From positions 27,194 to 91,193 of the IMG/VR virus record IMGVR_UViG_3300034284_003265: 64,000 bases of DNA, one strand, 5' to 3'. A model generated the notes under the pieces. It was given only the letters and a program-made list of their open reading frames with translations. It did no database searches and had not been told where the DNA came from. The translations under genes were made by a program, and so were the position numbers. This document shows, piece by piece, positions 28,592-37,401 of this stretch (position 1 is the first letter of the stretch; the number at the start of each line of letters is the position of its first letter). Source of the stretch: a virus.

Positions 28592-31246
28592 ATGAATTTG
28601 GAAAATATATATAATCAAAATTATGGTAGTGTAGTAACTACTAATGGCGATCTTGTTGCTATTGGAAATCCGCCATCAGATGTATTTACTACATGTGAGG
28701 GGTTTAGTAAAGTAGGTCAGGTTTATTTGATAAAAAAGGATAGTTTTAAAACAAACTATTCTGTATCTAAAATATTAAAGAAAACGATTTTTCCACAAAA
28801 CGGCGCATTGGTTCCATATTACACGGAACAAAGTTCTAGTGCTGCATTAACAGCTTCTCTGATAATTGAAAGTGGTTCTAAAAATGATTCTTTATCAAAT
28901 TGTGATTTTATCGTTGTAGAAACTGATAACTTAAAAGTAAACCAATCCAATTATGGATCGGCTATCGATTTATCCACATATTTCTTGGCAGTAGGAGATA
29001 CAGGAGTATCATCTAGTTATTATCTTGGACACACAAATAACTTTGCATGTGTAGATATATTTAAGATTAATCCAAACTATACTTTTGATAATACAGATGG
29101 AATTACTCCTTCTTCCCCGGAAAATTCTATACCAGTTGATCAATATAATATAAGTGATATTCCATTTTGTACTATTACAGGATCTATGTCCGATAAATTC
29201 GGAGGATCTGTATCCATTACCAACAACTATTTAGTGGTTGGATCGCCAGAATACAATAATGGTCGGGGAGCTGTTTATATATACAAATATACAGATGCTG
29301 ATTGTACTTATTCTCTTCAACAAATATTAAGTTGTAGTGTTACTAACTATCCACATCAATATGGTTTTGGTTATTCTATCTCTATAGATAAAAAAACTGA
29401 GAGTATATTAGTGGTTGGAAGTAATCAATTATCACAATCTAATGTTTATTTATTTTCTGGATCCGCAAATAATTGGAGATTAAGTCAAGTATTATCTCAA
29501 AATACAAGTTCACAATATTACACGATTCAAAATACGAACTTTGAATTAATTCCTAGTGGAAGTCAAATTAATAGTAGATATGGATATTCTGTATCATTAT
29601 ATGATACAGTTCTAGCTGTAGGTGCTCCCAACGATTTAGTTTATTGGGAATACTCTGGTTCAAATGTTTTGAGACAGCGTGGATCTGTTTACGTATATAA
29701 TAATCAACAATGTCCAGCTGACATTAATTGTGGATTCCAACTTATAACAAAATTATATGGCGATGATGTAACGTTTAAAGATAATTTGTTTGGATATTCA
29801 GTGTCTGTTTTTAATAAAAAAATATTGATAGGTTCACCAAAACCATATTTTCCATTTAGTTCATTATTTATTTCAAATTCTATAAACTATTACGATAAAA
29901 CGTTTAATCAATATGACTTTGGAGAATCTACATATTGCGGACAAACGCTTCTTTATCAAGTTACAGAGTCACTTGTAAATGGAAAAATATTTAGTTCATC
30001 GTTGATTTATCAGATGACAACCGATCCTATATCAAAACGAAAAGAAATAGGAAAGCCATTTACAGCTTACGGTTATTCAGTATCACTATCAGATACAAAT
30101 TTAGTAGTAGGTGCTCCTATTCCACTAAATAACGACTTTTATTTATCTGCTCCATTAATAACTGAGTCCGGTAGCATTAATGATTTAAATTATATTTATA
30201 CATCTTCATATCAAAGTGAAGATTGTTTTATTACTTCTAGTTTTGTTTATTTACAGATGGAAGATTGTCTAAGTTGTAACGGATCGGTACCTATTTCAGG
30301 CGCATTTTTAGGCGCATGTGATAATCTGATAATATTTGTAGACGAACAAGGGGAATATTCCTATGCATCTAGTAAGATATTCGGAAAATCATACATTTAT
30401 GATATATCCGATTTACAAACCAATTTTAACGTTGGAAATGTATTTTATAACAATAATAAGTTGATAATAAATAATACAGGAAGTGTATTAAAAAACTTAA
30501 CGCTTGATCCTACCGATCCAAATAATACATATTTGTATATGAAATACAATAGTCAGATAACATTGCATGAAAAGCAATATATCTGCACTGTGGAACCAGG
30601 CGAGTTTAATGTTTCAACCAATCCAACTGCAATAACATCTTCTTTATTTGACTATGGAGTGATTAATACTGAGACATTTAATTTTGATAACTTGGATATA
30701 ATTTTGAGATATATCAATACCAGAATTACTGTTAATAACTCGGAAAAATGGTGGAATAATTTTGTGTCAGGAGACATTGAAGAATCTATTTTCAATTTTT
30801 ACTCATCTTCTTACACGAATTATCAAGCAAATAGATTAACAAACGAATTGAAATCAAAGTGTAGTACTTTAAACTTCGATGTCAACGGAGATGGTACAGC
30901 TAATTACCAAGATGCAACAACTATTTGGAAGTATTTTATTCAAGATTTTACAATAAACAATTATCAGAATTATTTGAACCCACGTTCTAGACGCAATAAT
31001 TACGATGATATGGTTTCTTTTTTAAATGATAAAACAGGAAAATCAAACGAAAAATTAGTAAAACAAGAGTTCTTTGGATACAACTATAGTAGTTCATTGG
31101 ATCCAACTGGATCTTATTTGGCGCCATATATAACAACTGTTGGATTATATAGTGGCGCAGAATTGGTTGCTATAGCTAAATTAGCTCAACCAATTAAAAA
31201 TACGGGAGAAATTCCTATTAATATTGTTGTTAAATGGGACACTTAA
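28592..31246 (+). CDS. FG-GAP beta-propeller virion protein with an EF-hand/dockerin-like loop
   Basis: multiple F/YG.SVS...LVVGAP...G.VY repeats; DVNGDGTANYQD; C-terminal YITTVGLY motif. Confidence 0.8.
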   Translation: MNLENIYNQNYGSVVTTNGDLVAIGNPPSDVFTTCEGFSKVGQVYLIKKDSFKTNYSVSKILKKTIFPQNGALVPYYTEQSSSAALTASLIIESGSKNDSLSNCDFIVVETDNLKVNQSNYGSAIDLSTYFLAVGDTGVSSSYYLGHTNNFACVDIFKINPNYTFDNTDGITPSSPENSIPVDQYNISDIPFCTITGSMSDKFGGSVSITNNYLVVGSPEYNNGRGAVYIYKYTDADCTYSLQQILSCSVTNYPHQYGFGYSISIDKKTESILVVGSNQLSQSNVYLFSGSANNWRLSQVLSQNTSSQYYTIQNTNFELIPSGSQINSRYGYSVSLYDTVLAVGAPNDLVYWEYSGSNVLRQRGSVYVYNNQQCPADINCGFQLITKLYGDDVTFKDNLFGYSVSVFNKKILIGSPKPYFPFSSLFISNSINYYDKTFNQYDFGESTYCGQTLLYQVTESLVNGKIFSSSLIYQMTTDPISKRKEIGKPFTAYGYSVSLSDTNLVVGAPIPLNNDFYLSAPLITESGSINDLNYIYTSSYQSEDCFITSSFVYLQMEDCLSCNGSVPISGAFLGACDNLIIFVDEQGEYSYASSKIFGKSYIYDISDLQTNFNVGNVFYNNNKLIINNTGSVLKNLTLDPTDPNNTYLYMKYNSQITLHEKQYICTVEPGEFNVSTNPTAITSSLFDYGVINTETFNFDNLDIILRYINTRITVNNSEKWWNNFVSGDIEESIFNFYSSSYTNYQANRLTNELKSKCSTLNFDVNGDGTANYQDATTIWKYFIQDFTINNYQNYLNPRSRRNNYDDMVSFLNDKTGKSNEKLVKQEFFGYNYSSSLDPTGSYLAPYITTVGLYSGAELVAIAKLAQPIKNTGEIPINIVVKWDT

Positions 31247-31272
31247 TTATATTTATTATAAAATAGACATTT

Positions 31273-31767
31273 ATGGCAACCATTAATTCCGATACTTCTA
31301 AGATAAATCGAACATCCGTATTCAAAGGAATTTTAGATCTTTATTATTCCAAAGCTCCAGCAGGAGGAGCATTTTCCGCATATGATTCTGGAAAGAATAC
31401 TATGATCAAAGGTGTAACCGCTCCATATGGATTTACACAAAAATCAGTGGAATATACAGTTGAACCAGGATTTACGGTAGGTGCAAATAATGGTAAAGAA
31501 AATTTCAATGGTAAGGCTCTAAATTATAGTGATAAAACTGCCAATGGTCCTGTTCTAAAAACCGGAGTAAATAAAATTTCTACAAATTGGAATGGAAATG
31601 CTTCATTGCAAGATGCTCTATATACTAAGGATCCTGGTTTTAGACTACAAACTTCACTTGGAGCTAGTCAGTTTAAAGACGTAGCTGGACAAAGAAGTTT
31701 AGAATTATCCAGATACGTTAAAGGATTTAATGACAAAAAATATACCAACGGATCATTTACCCGTTGA
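31273..31767 (+). CDS. hypothetical protein
   Basis: 164-aa ORF; TATTTAT at 31250-31256. Confidence 0.75.
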   Translation: MATINSDTSKINRTSVFKGILDLYYSKAPAGGAFSAYDSGKNTMIKGVTAPYGFTQKSVEYTVEPGFTVGANNGKENFNGKALNYSDKTANGPVLKTGVNKISTNWNGNASLQDALYTKDPGFRLQTSLGASQFKDVAGQRSLELSRYVKGFNDKKYTNGSFTR

Positions 31768-31779
31768 TATATATTTTAA

Positions 31780-32289
31780 ATGGTTATATTAGGATTAGAT
31801 TCATCAACATCTACAACTGGTTGGTCTTTCTGTGAAAATGGAAAGATTCTTTCTGCTGGTTTCGTAGATACAAAAAAATTAGAAACTACAAAAGAAAAAA
31901 CTTTTCATGTTATTTCGTATCTCGAAAAGACAAAAGAGATTGAAAGATTTGATGAAATTAATCTTGAAGCTGCATTGAGTGGATTTGCGGGAGGATTTAC
32001 TAGTCAACAAGTTATTATTACATTAGCCAGACATAATGCTGTTTTTGCATATATTATAGAAGAACATTTTAAAAAGAAAGTTAATTTGTTATCGGTTAAT
32101 ACGATGAGAAAACAACTGTTTGGTAAATGTAGAATCAAAGGAATCAAGTCAAAAGATTTTGTCAAACAAGAACTTGAATCGTTAATCCCAGATGTATTGA
32201 ATTTTACTGCTAAAAATAAAAAAGGTAATTGGGATGAACGTAATGGCGATATGTATGACGCTATAGTTGCAGGTTTGTATAAGAATTAA
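31780..32289 (+). CDS. RuvC-like Holliday junction resolvase
   Basis: 'ILGLDSSTSTTGW', 'INLE' and 'DMYDAI' acidic residues of the RNase H-fold active site. Confidence 0.85.
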   Translation: MVILGLDSSTSTTGWSFCENGKILSAGFVDTKKLETTKEKTFHVISYLEKTKEIERFDEINLEAALSGFAGGFTSQQVIITLARHNAVFAYIIEEHFKKKVNLLSVNTMRKQLFGKCRIKGIKSKDFVKQELESLIPDVLNFTAKNKKGNWDERNGDMYDAIVAGLYKN

Positions 32290-32294
32290 AAGAC

Positions 32295-32323
32295 TTGATT
32301 TTATTTAAATCATCTGTTATTCT
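32295..32323 (+). promoter_or_regulatory. sigma70-type promoter of the primase operon
   Basis: TTGATT-17 nt-TATTCT with extended TG. Confidence 0.6.
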
Positions 32324-32331
32324 AAGATGAA

Positions 32332-33246
32332 ATGATTAATAGTTCGGTTATAGAAACACTATCAAAGTTGTTTAAGCAAAAACCACATATTCAAAAAGGT
32401 GGAGCTGAAATACTTGTGTTTTGTACAAACTGCAATCATCACAAACGTAAACTGAACATTAATACTACAACTGGATATTACCAGTGTTGGGTATGTGGAT
32501 TTAGCGGCAAGAGTTTTACATCTCTTCTTAAGAAACTAAAAGCGTCTTCTGAATATTATCAGATTTTATGTAAGAATAAAATCAGAGTAAGTTATGTACC
32601 CGAAGAGAAAAAGACACTAACTTTACCAATTGAATTTAAACCATTATACAAATCAAATGGTGATTTGATATATAAACACGCACTTAATTATTGTTTTAAA
32701 CGAAATTTAAGTATACACGAAATTGTACGTTACAATATAGGATATTGTGCGTCCGGTCAATTTGCTAATAGAGTAATAGTGCCGTCATATGATAAAGATG
32801 GAAATTTAAATTTTTATTGTGGTAGAGATTTTTATAACAGTAAACTCAAATACAGATTATGTGATGGTAGTAAAGACATTATCGGATTTGAACTGTTTAC
32901 CGATTTTACTAAACCCATTACAATCGTTGAAGGACCATTTGATGCACTTTCTGTAAAGTATAATGTTGTGCCTTTATTTGGGAAAACTATGTCTCGGAAG
33001 TTAAAAATGAAACTAATGGAATATAGACCGCCATATGTAAATGTTTTGTTGGATAATGATGCTTTGGGATCTAGTTTGAAAATATGTGAATTTTTAATTT
33101 CTAATGATATTGAAGCTCGTCTAATTTTACTGGACGGAAAAGATCCGAATGAAATAGGACATATAAAAACTTGGCAAACCATCAGCAGCAGTGTTATAAT
33201 GGATGAAAGTCTACTATACAGATATAAATTAACAAATAAACTATGA
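32332..33246 (+). CDS. DNA primase (Zn finger + TOPRIM)
   Basis: CTNC...CWVC zinc site; IVEGPFDAL, LDND and KDPNE motifs. Confidence 0.92.
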   Translation: MINSSVIETLSKLFKQKPHIQKGGAEILVFCTNCNHHKRKLNINTTTGYYQCWVCGFSGKSFTSLLKKLKASSEYYQILCKNKIRVSYVPEEKKTLTLPIEFKPLYKSNGDLIYKHALNYCFKRNLSIHEIVRYNIGYCASGQFANRVIVPSYDKDGNLNFYCGRDFYNSKLKYRLCDGSKDIIGFELFTDFTKPITIVEGPFDALSVKYNVVPLFGKTMSRKLKMKLMEYRPPYVNVLLDNDALGSSLKICEFLISNDIEARLILLDGKDPNEIGHIKTWQTISSSVIMDESLLYRYKLTNKL

Positions 33247-36200
33247 TCGTATTAAAAAATACCGACGACAAAATCAATTGTGTGATGCATATTGCAGATA
33301 TTCACATTCGTTTGACAAAACGACACGATGAGTATACATCTGTATTTGAAAGATTTTATAACGCATTAGACAAAGCTAAGACTTTAAATGCAATCTTAGT
33401 TATTGCTGGCGATGTTTTTCATAATAAATCGGATTTGAGTCCTGAATGCGTTAAGATCGGAAGCGATTTTCTAAAAAGTTGTGCGGATCGTGTACCCGTA
33501 ATTTTAACAGCCGGCAATCATGACGCTACACTGGCTAACAAGTCAAGATTGGATTGTTTAACTCCAATTGTACAGGCAGTAAACCATCCAAATCTTTATT
33601 ATCTAAAAGATACCGAAGTATATCGTTATCAAAACATCTTGTTTAATAATTTCAGTGTATTTGATGATCCCGATAAGTATATTAGATATACAGATATTCC
33701 ATCTAAACATCGTGTAGAAACAGATCATCACATTGCATTATTTCATGGTCCGGTAAACAATGCAATTACTGATGTTGGATATACTGTTAGTAATCGTGCT
33801 ATTACAAATGAACTATTTGATGGACATCATATCGCAATGTTAGGAGATATTCACAAACATCAAATTCTACAAGAATACGATGAAAATGAAAGTAAGCCTA
33901 TAATTGTATATGCTGGTTCTATGATCCAACAAAATCACGGAGAAGAACTAAAAGGACACGGATTTTTGATGTGGGATCTAAAAAGAAAAGTCTATAAACA
34001 CTATGAGCTAAAGAACGATTATGGCTTTTATACAATTGAAATCAATAAAGGTATTTTGTTCACTGATATTAGCGACATTCCAAAGAAAGCTCGCATCCGT
34101 ACAAAATGTTTTGAGTCTATACCATCGCACGTTAAGGAGGTAATGAATTCTATCAGGGACAAATGTGAAATCCTTGAGTCTACCTTCATTAGAGTAGATG
34201 ATGCAACGACTGATTTAACTTTAAAATCTGGCCAGATATTTGATATTCATAATATTTTTGATGTAGACTATCAAAATAAATTAATTGAAGAAAATCTTCT
34301 CTCTAAGAGTATTTCCACTGATTTGATTTACAAAGTTAAAGAGTTGAATAAAACTATTAATTTAGAAATACCAAAAGATAAAGCTCCAAAGAATATTCGT
34401 TGGAAGCCAAAGACTTTTGAGTTTGATAATATGTTTAGTTATGGTGAAGGAAACGTAATTGACTTTACCAAATTAAAAGGTACAATTGGATTATTTGCAC
34501 CTAATGCTAGCGGTAAGTCTAGTATTATGGACGCATTGGCATTTTGTGTATTTGATAAGTTTAGCAAAGGATATAAAGCCGTTCACGTATTAAATACTCA
34601 GAAAATGAGTTTTCGTTGTAAGTTCAACTTTGAAGTAAACGGCGTAGATTATTTCATTGAACGAGATGGTAAGGCTGATAAAAAAGGAAACGTTAAAGTT
34701 GAGGTTAAGTTTTACAAGATTGAAAATGGAAATGAGGTTCCATTAAATGGAGAAGCTCGTCGTAGTACCAATGACATTATCAGAGATTATGTAGGTACTT
34801 ATGAAGATTTTATTCTTACGGTATTAAGTATTCAAAATAGTAAGGCTGGATCATTTATTGATTTGGGTCAAACAGAACGTAAAGACTTATTGTGTCAATT
34901 CATGGGTTTAACTGTATTTGATCAGTTATATACTATTGCGAATGATAAGTTTAAGGAAACAAATATTTTACTTAAAAATCTTAGCAAAGATAACTTGATT
35001 GAAGATTTGCAAAATGTATCGGGTAGCATTGATCTAAATAATAAAAATATATCGCAGTATAATTGTGATATCAAAGATCTAGAGATCAAGAAAGAAGATC
35101 AAAACAATAAGCTTTTGGAGTTGTCTAACAATATAATTAAAACAGCTAATTTTGATTTTGATATTACCGAATTAGAATCCGAAAAGACACAATTAGAATC
35201 AAAGATCGGTACGTTTGAAACTGATATAAATGAAAAGAAAACTAAGTTTCTATTAATCGAAACCCAACTTTCAAATTTATCCTCTTCATTAAAGAGTTGT
35301 GAAAATATAGAAAATGATTATGATCATTATAAAATCTGCAAAGAAGACGAATCTAAAAAGTCTTCTGAAATAGAGAAATTGAAAGTTGTAGTCAAGAACA
35401 AGATTGATAAGTTGAAAAAGTTAGAGGAACATAAGTATGATCCTAATTGCACGTACTGCGTAAATAACGTATTCGTAAAAGATGCTATTAAAACTAAGGA
35501 AGAACTTGAGCTTGATAAAAACAAAGGCAAAATCTTAGTAGAAGAATTTAATGTCATCAAATCTAAGTTGGATTCATTTGGAGATATTGAATCTCGTTAT
35601 AAGGAATGTCAACGTATAGATGCTGAAAAAGTTAAATTAGAAAAGACCAAAGAAGTTTTATCTACGTCAATATTGCGTGATGAAAACTTCAAGATCCGAT
35701 TGCAAAATGATTTGAACGGGGTAATTCAAAATATTGATACTTTTTATAAGAACAAAGATATTATTGAAAACAATTCTAAACTACTTGTTAGTGTTAATGA
35801 AGTAAAAACTATTGTTAAAAATATTGAATCGGAGATTAAATCAGTAAATAATAGATTGTTTACCTCTTCTACTGAAAAAGGCAAGTTAGAATTACAATAT
35901 AAAAATACTACGGAACAACTAAATAAAGTTAAGGAACTTGAATCATCATATGAGGCTTATAAGCTTTATACTAATATTATTAGTCGAGATGGAATTCCAT
36001 ATGAAATCATCACTAAAACATTGCCTGAAATAGAAAAAGAAGTTAATAACATTCTACAACAAATTGTTGAATTCTCTATCACTCTTCAGACAGACGGAAA
36101 GAATATTATGACCAATATAGTTTATGATGATAAACGTTGGCCACTAGAAATGGCTAGTGGCATGGAGAAGTTTGTCAGTGGTTTGGCTATTAGAGTAGCT

Positions 36201-36428
36201 TTAATCAATATTAGCAATCTACCAAGACCAAATATTATTTGTATTGATGAAGGATTTGGCTGTGCTGATAGTGATCATTTGGGTCAGATGGGAGCTTTGT
36301 TTAGTTATTTGAAACATCAATTTGATTTTATTTGGATAATTAGTCACTTGGATCAGATGCGTGACATGGTAGATGAACAAATTGAAATAAAAAAAGAGAA
36401 TGGGTTTAGCAAAGTGTTATATAAATAA
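33243..36428 (+). CDS. fused Mre11/SbcD nuclease and Rad50/SbcC ATPase (gp47-gp46)
   Basis: DIH, GDVFH, GNHD, GDIH phosphoesterase motifs; then APNASGKSS Walker A, CTYC hook, ASGME signature, IDEGFG Walker B, ISH. Confidence 0.93.
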   Translation: MIVLKNTDDKINCVMHIADIHIRLTKRHDEYTSVFERFYNALDKAKTLNAILVIAGDVFHNKSDLSPECVKIGSDFLKSCADRVPVILTAGNHDATLANKSRLDCLTPIVQAVNHPNLYYLKDTEVYRYQNILFNNFSVFDDPDKYIRYTDIPSKHRVETDHHIALFHGPVNNAITDVGYTVSNRAITNELFDGHHIAMLGDIHKHQILQEYDENESKPIIVYAGSMIQQNHGEELKGHGFLMWDLKRKVYKHYELKNDYGFYTIEINKGILFTDISDIPKKARIRTKCFESIPSHVKEVMNSIRDKCEILESTFIRVDDATTDLTLKSGQIFDIHNIFDVDYQNKLIEENLLSKSISTDLIYKVKELNKTINLEIPKDKAPKNIRWKPKTFEFDNMFSYGEGNVIDFTKLKGTIGLFAPNASGKSSIMDALAFCVFDKFSKGYKAVHVLNTQKMSFRCKFNFEVNGVDYFIERDGKADKKGNVKVEVKFYKIENGNEVPLNGEARRSTNDIIRDYVGTYEDFILTVLSIQNSKAGSFIDLGQTERKDLLCQFMGLTVFDQLYTIANDKFKETNILLKNLSKDNLIEDLQNVSGSIDLNNKNISQYNCDIKDLEIKKEDQNNKLLELSNNIIKTANFDFDITELESEKTQLESKIGTFETDINEKKTKFLLIETQLSNLSSSLKSCENIENDYDHYKICKEDESKKSSEIEKLKVVVKNKIDKLKKLEEHKYDPNCTYCVNNVFVKDAIKTKEELELDKNKGKILVEEFNVIKSKLDSFGDIESRYKECQRIDAEKVKLEKTKEVLSTSILRDENFKIRLQNDLNGVIQNIDTFYKNKDIIENNSKLLVSVNEVKTIVKNIESEIKSVNNRLFTSSTEKGKLELQYKNTTEQLNKVKELESSYEAYKLYTNIISRDGIPYEIITKTLPEIEKEVNNILQQIVEFSITLQTDGKNIMTNIVYDDKRWPLEMASGMEKFVSGLAIRVALINISNLPRPNIICIDEGFGCADSDHLGQMGALFSYLKHQFDFIWIISHLDQMRDMVDEQIEIKKENGFSKVLYK

Positions 36429-36430
36429 AA

Positions 36431-37354
36431 ATGATAGATTTAGATATTACATATAATTGTACAGAAAATGTTATTACTGTAAAAAATAACGCAACCAGTT
36501 TTACAGGAGTATTATGGTTTTCAATTACAGACTGTGAAACAAATCTTAATGTAACATGTTGGTGGATGAATACTGCTCCATATGAATTCCAAACTTGGAA
36601 TTTGCCTTTAAATTATTATGAAGTTGTAAAAGAATTTGATATTAATGTGATGGATGAACAGTTTAATTTACTTTTTAAAAAAAACATACAATTAAAAAAA
36701 TTCACTTCCAAAATAGATTTCAAACCAAAAAATAAAATGGAAGTTACATATGGATCTTGGGAGTCGCTTGTTTATAGAAATGAGTATGACATAAAAATTA
36801 GATCAGATGATGTTGTTTATGACTTAGGCGGAAACGTTGGCGTATTTAGTAAATGGTGTTTGAATAAAAATGTAAATTACATTTATCTTTTTGAACCTGA
36901 CACTAGATGTGTGGAAAACATGAAAGATTTGTTTGACATTGATAAAAATAGAATTGAGTTGATAAATAAAGTCATTCTTGATAAAGATGGAAAAACGAAT
37001 TTTTATTTGCATCAACATTCAATTGCAAATAGTCTATTTTTAGAATCAAATGAATTTCTAGAAATAGATTCTATTAATTTAGAAAAATATATTATTGAGA
37101 ATAATTTGAAAAAACCTACATTGATTAAATGTGATATAGAAGGAGCTGAATATAAATTTATAAATAGTGTTAGCGATTCTTTTTTTAATACAGTAAGAAT
37201 TTTTATTCTGGAGTTTCATTTCTTAGACGCAAATCATAAATACGAGATGTATAAAATCTTAGAAAGATTTTTATCAATTGGGTATACTATCAGATTGAGC
37301 AATATTTCTAAATTTGAAAATAATGTTGGAACATTAATTTTTGAAAAAATGTAA
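36431..37354 (+). CDS. FkbM-family methyltransferase
   Basis: DLGGNVGVF, FEP, IKCDIEGAE and LEFH motifs. Confidence 0.9.
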   Translation: MIDLDITYNCTENVITVKNNATSFTGVLWFSITDCETNLNVTCWWMNTAPYEFQTWNLPLNYYEVVKEFDINVMDEQFNLLFKKNIQLKKFTSKIDFKPKNKMEVTYGSWESLVYRNEYDIKIRSDDVVYDLGGNVGVFSKWCLNKNVNYIYLFEPDTRCVENMKDLFDIDKNRIELINKVILDKDGKTNFYLHQHSIANSLFLESNEFLEIDSINLEKYIIENNLKKPTLIKCDIEGAEYKFINSVSDSFFNTVRIFILEFHFLDANHKYEMYKILERFLSIGYTIRLSNISKFENNVGTLIFEKM

Positions 37355-37401
37355 TTATATAAAAAAATTACTTAATTAGCTGTGATGTACTTATAAGGTG
37401 T

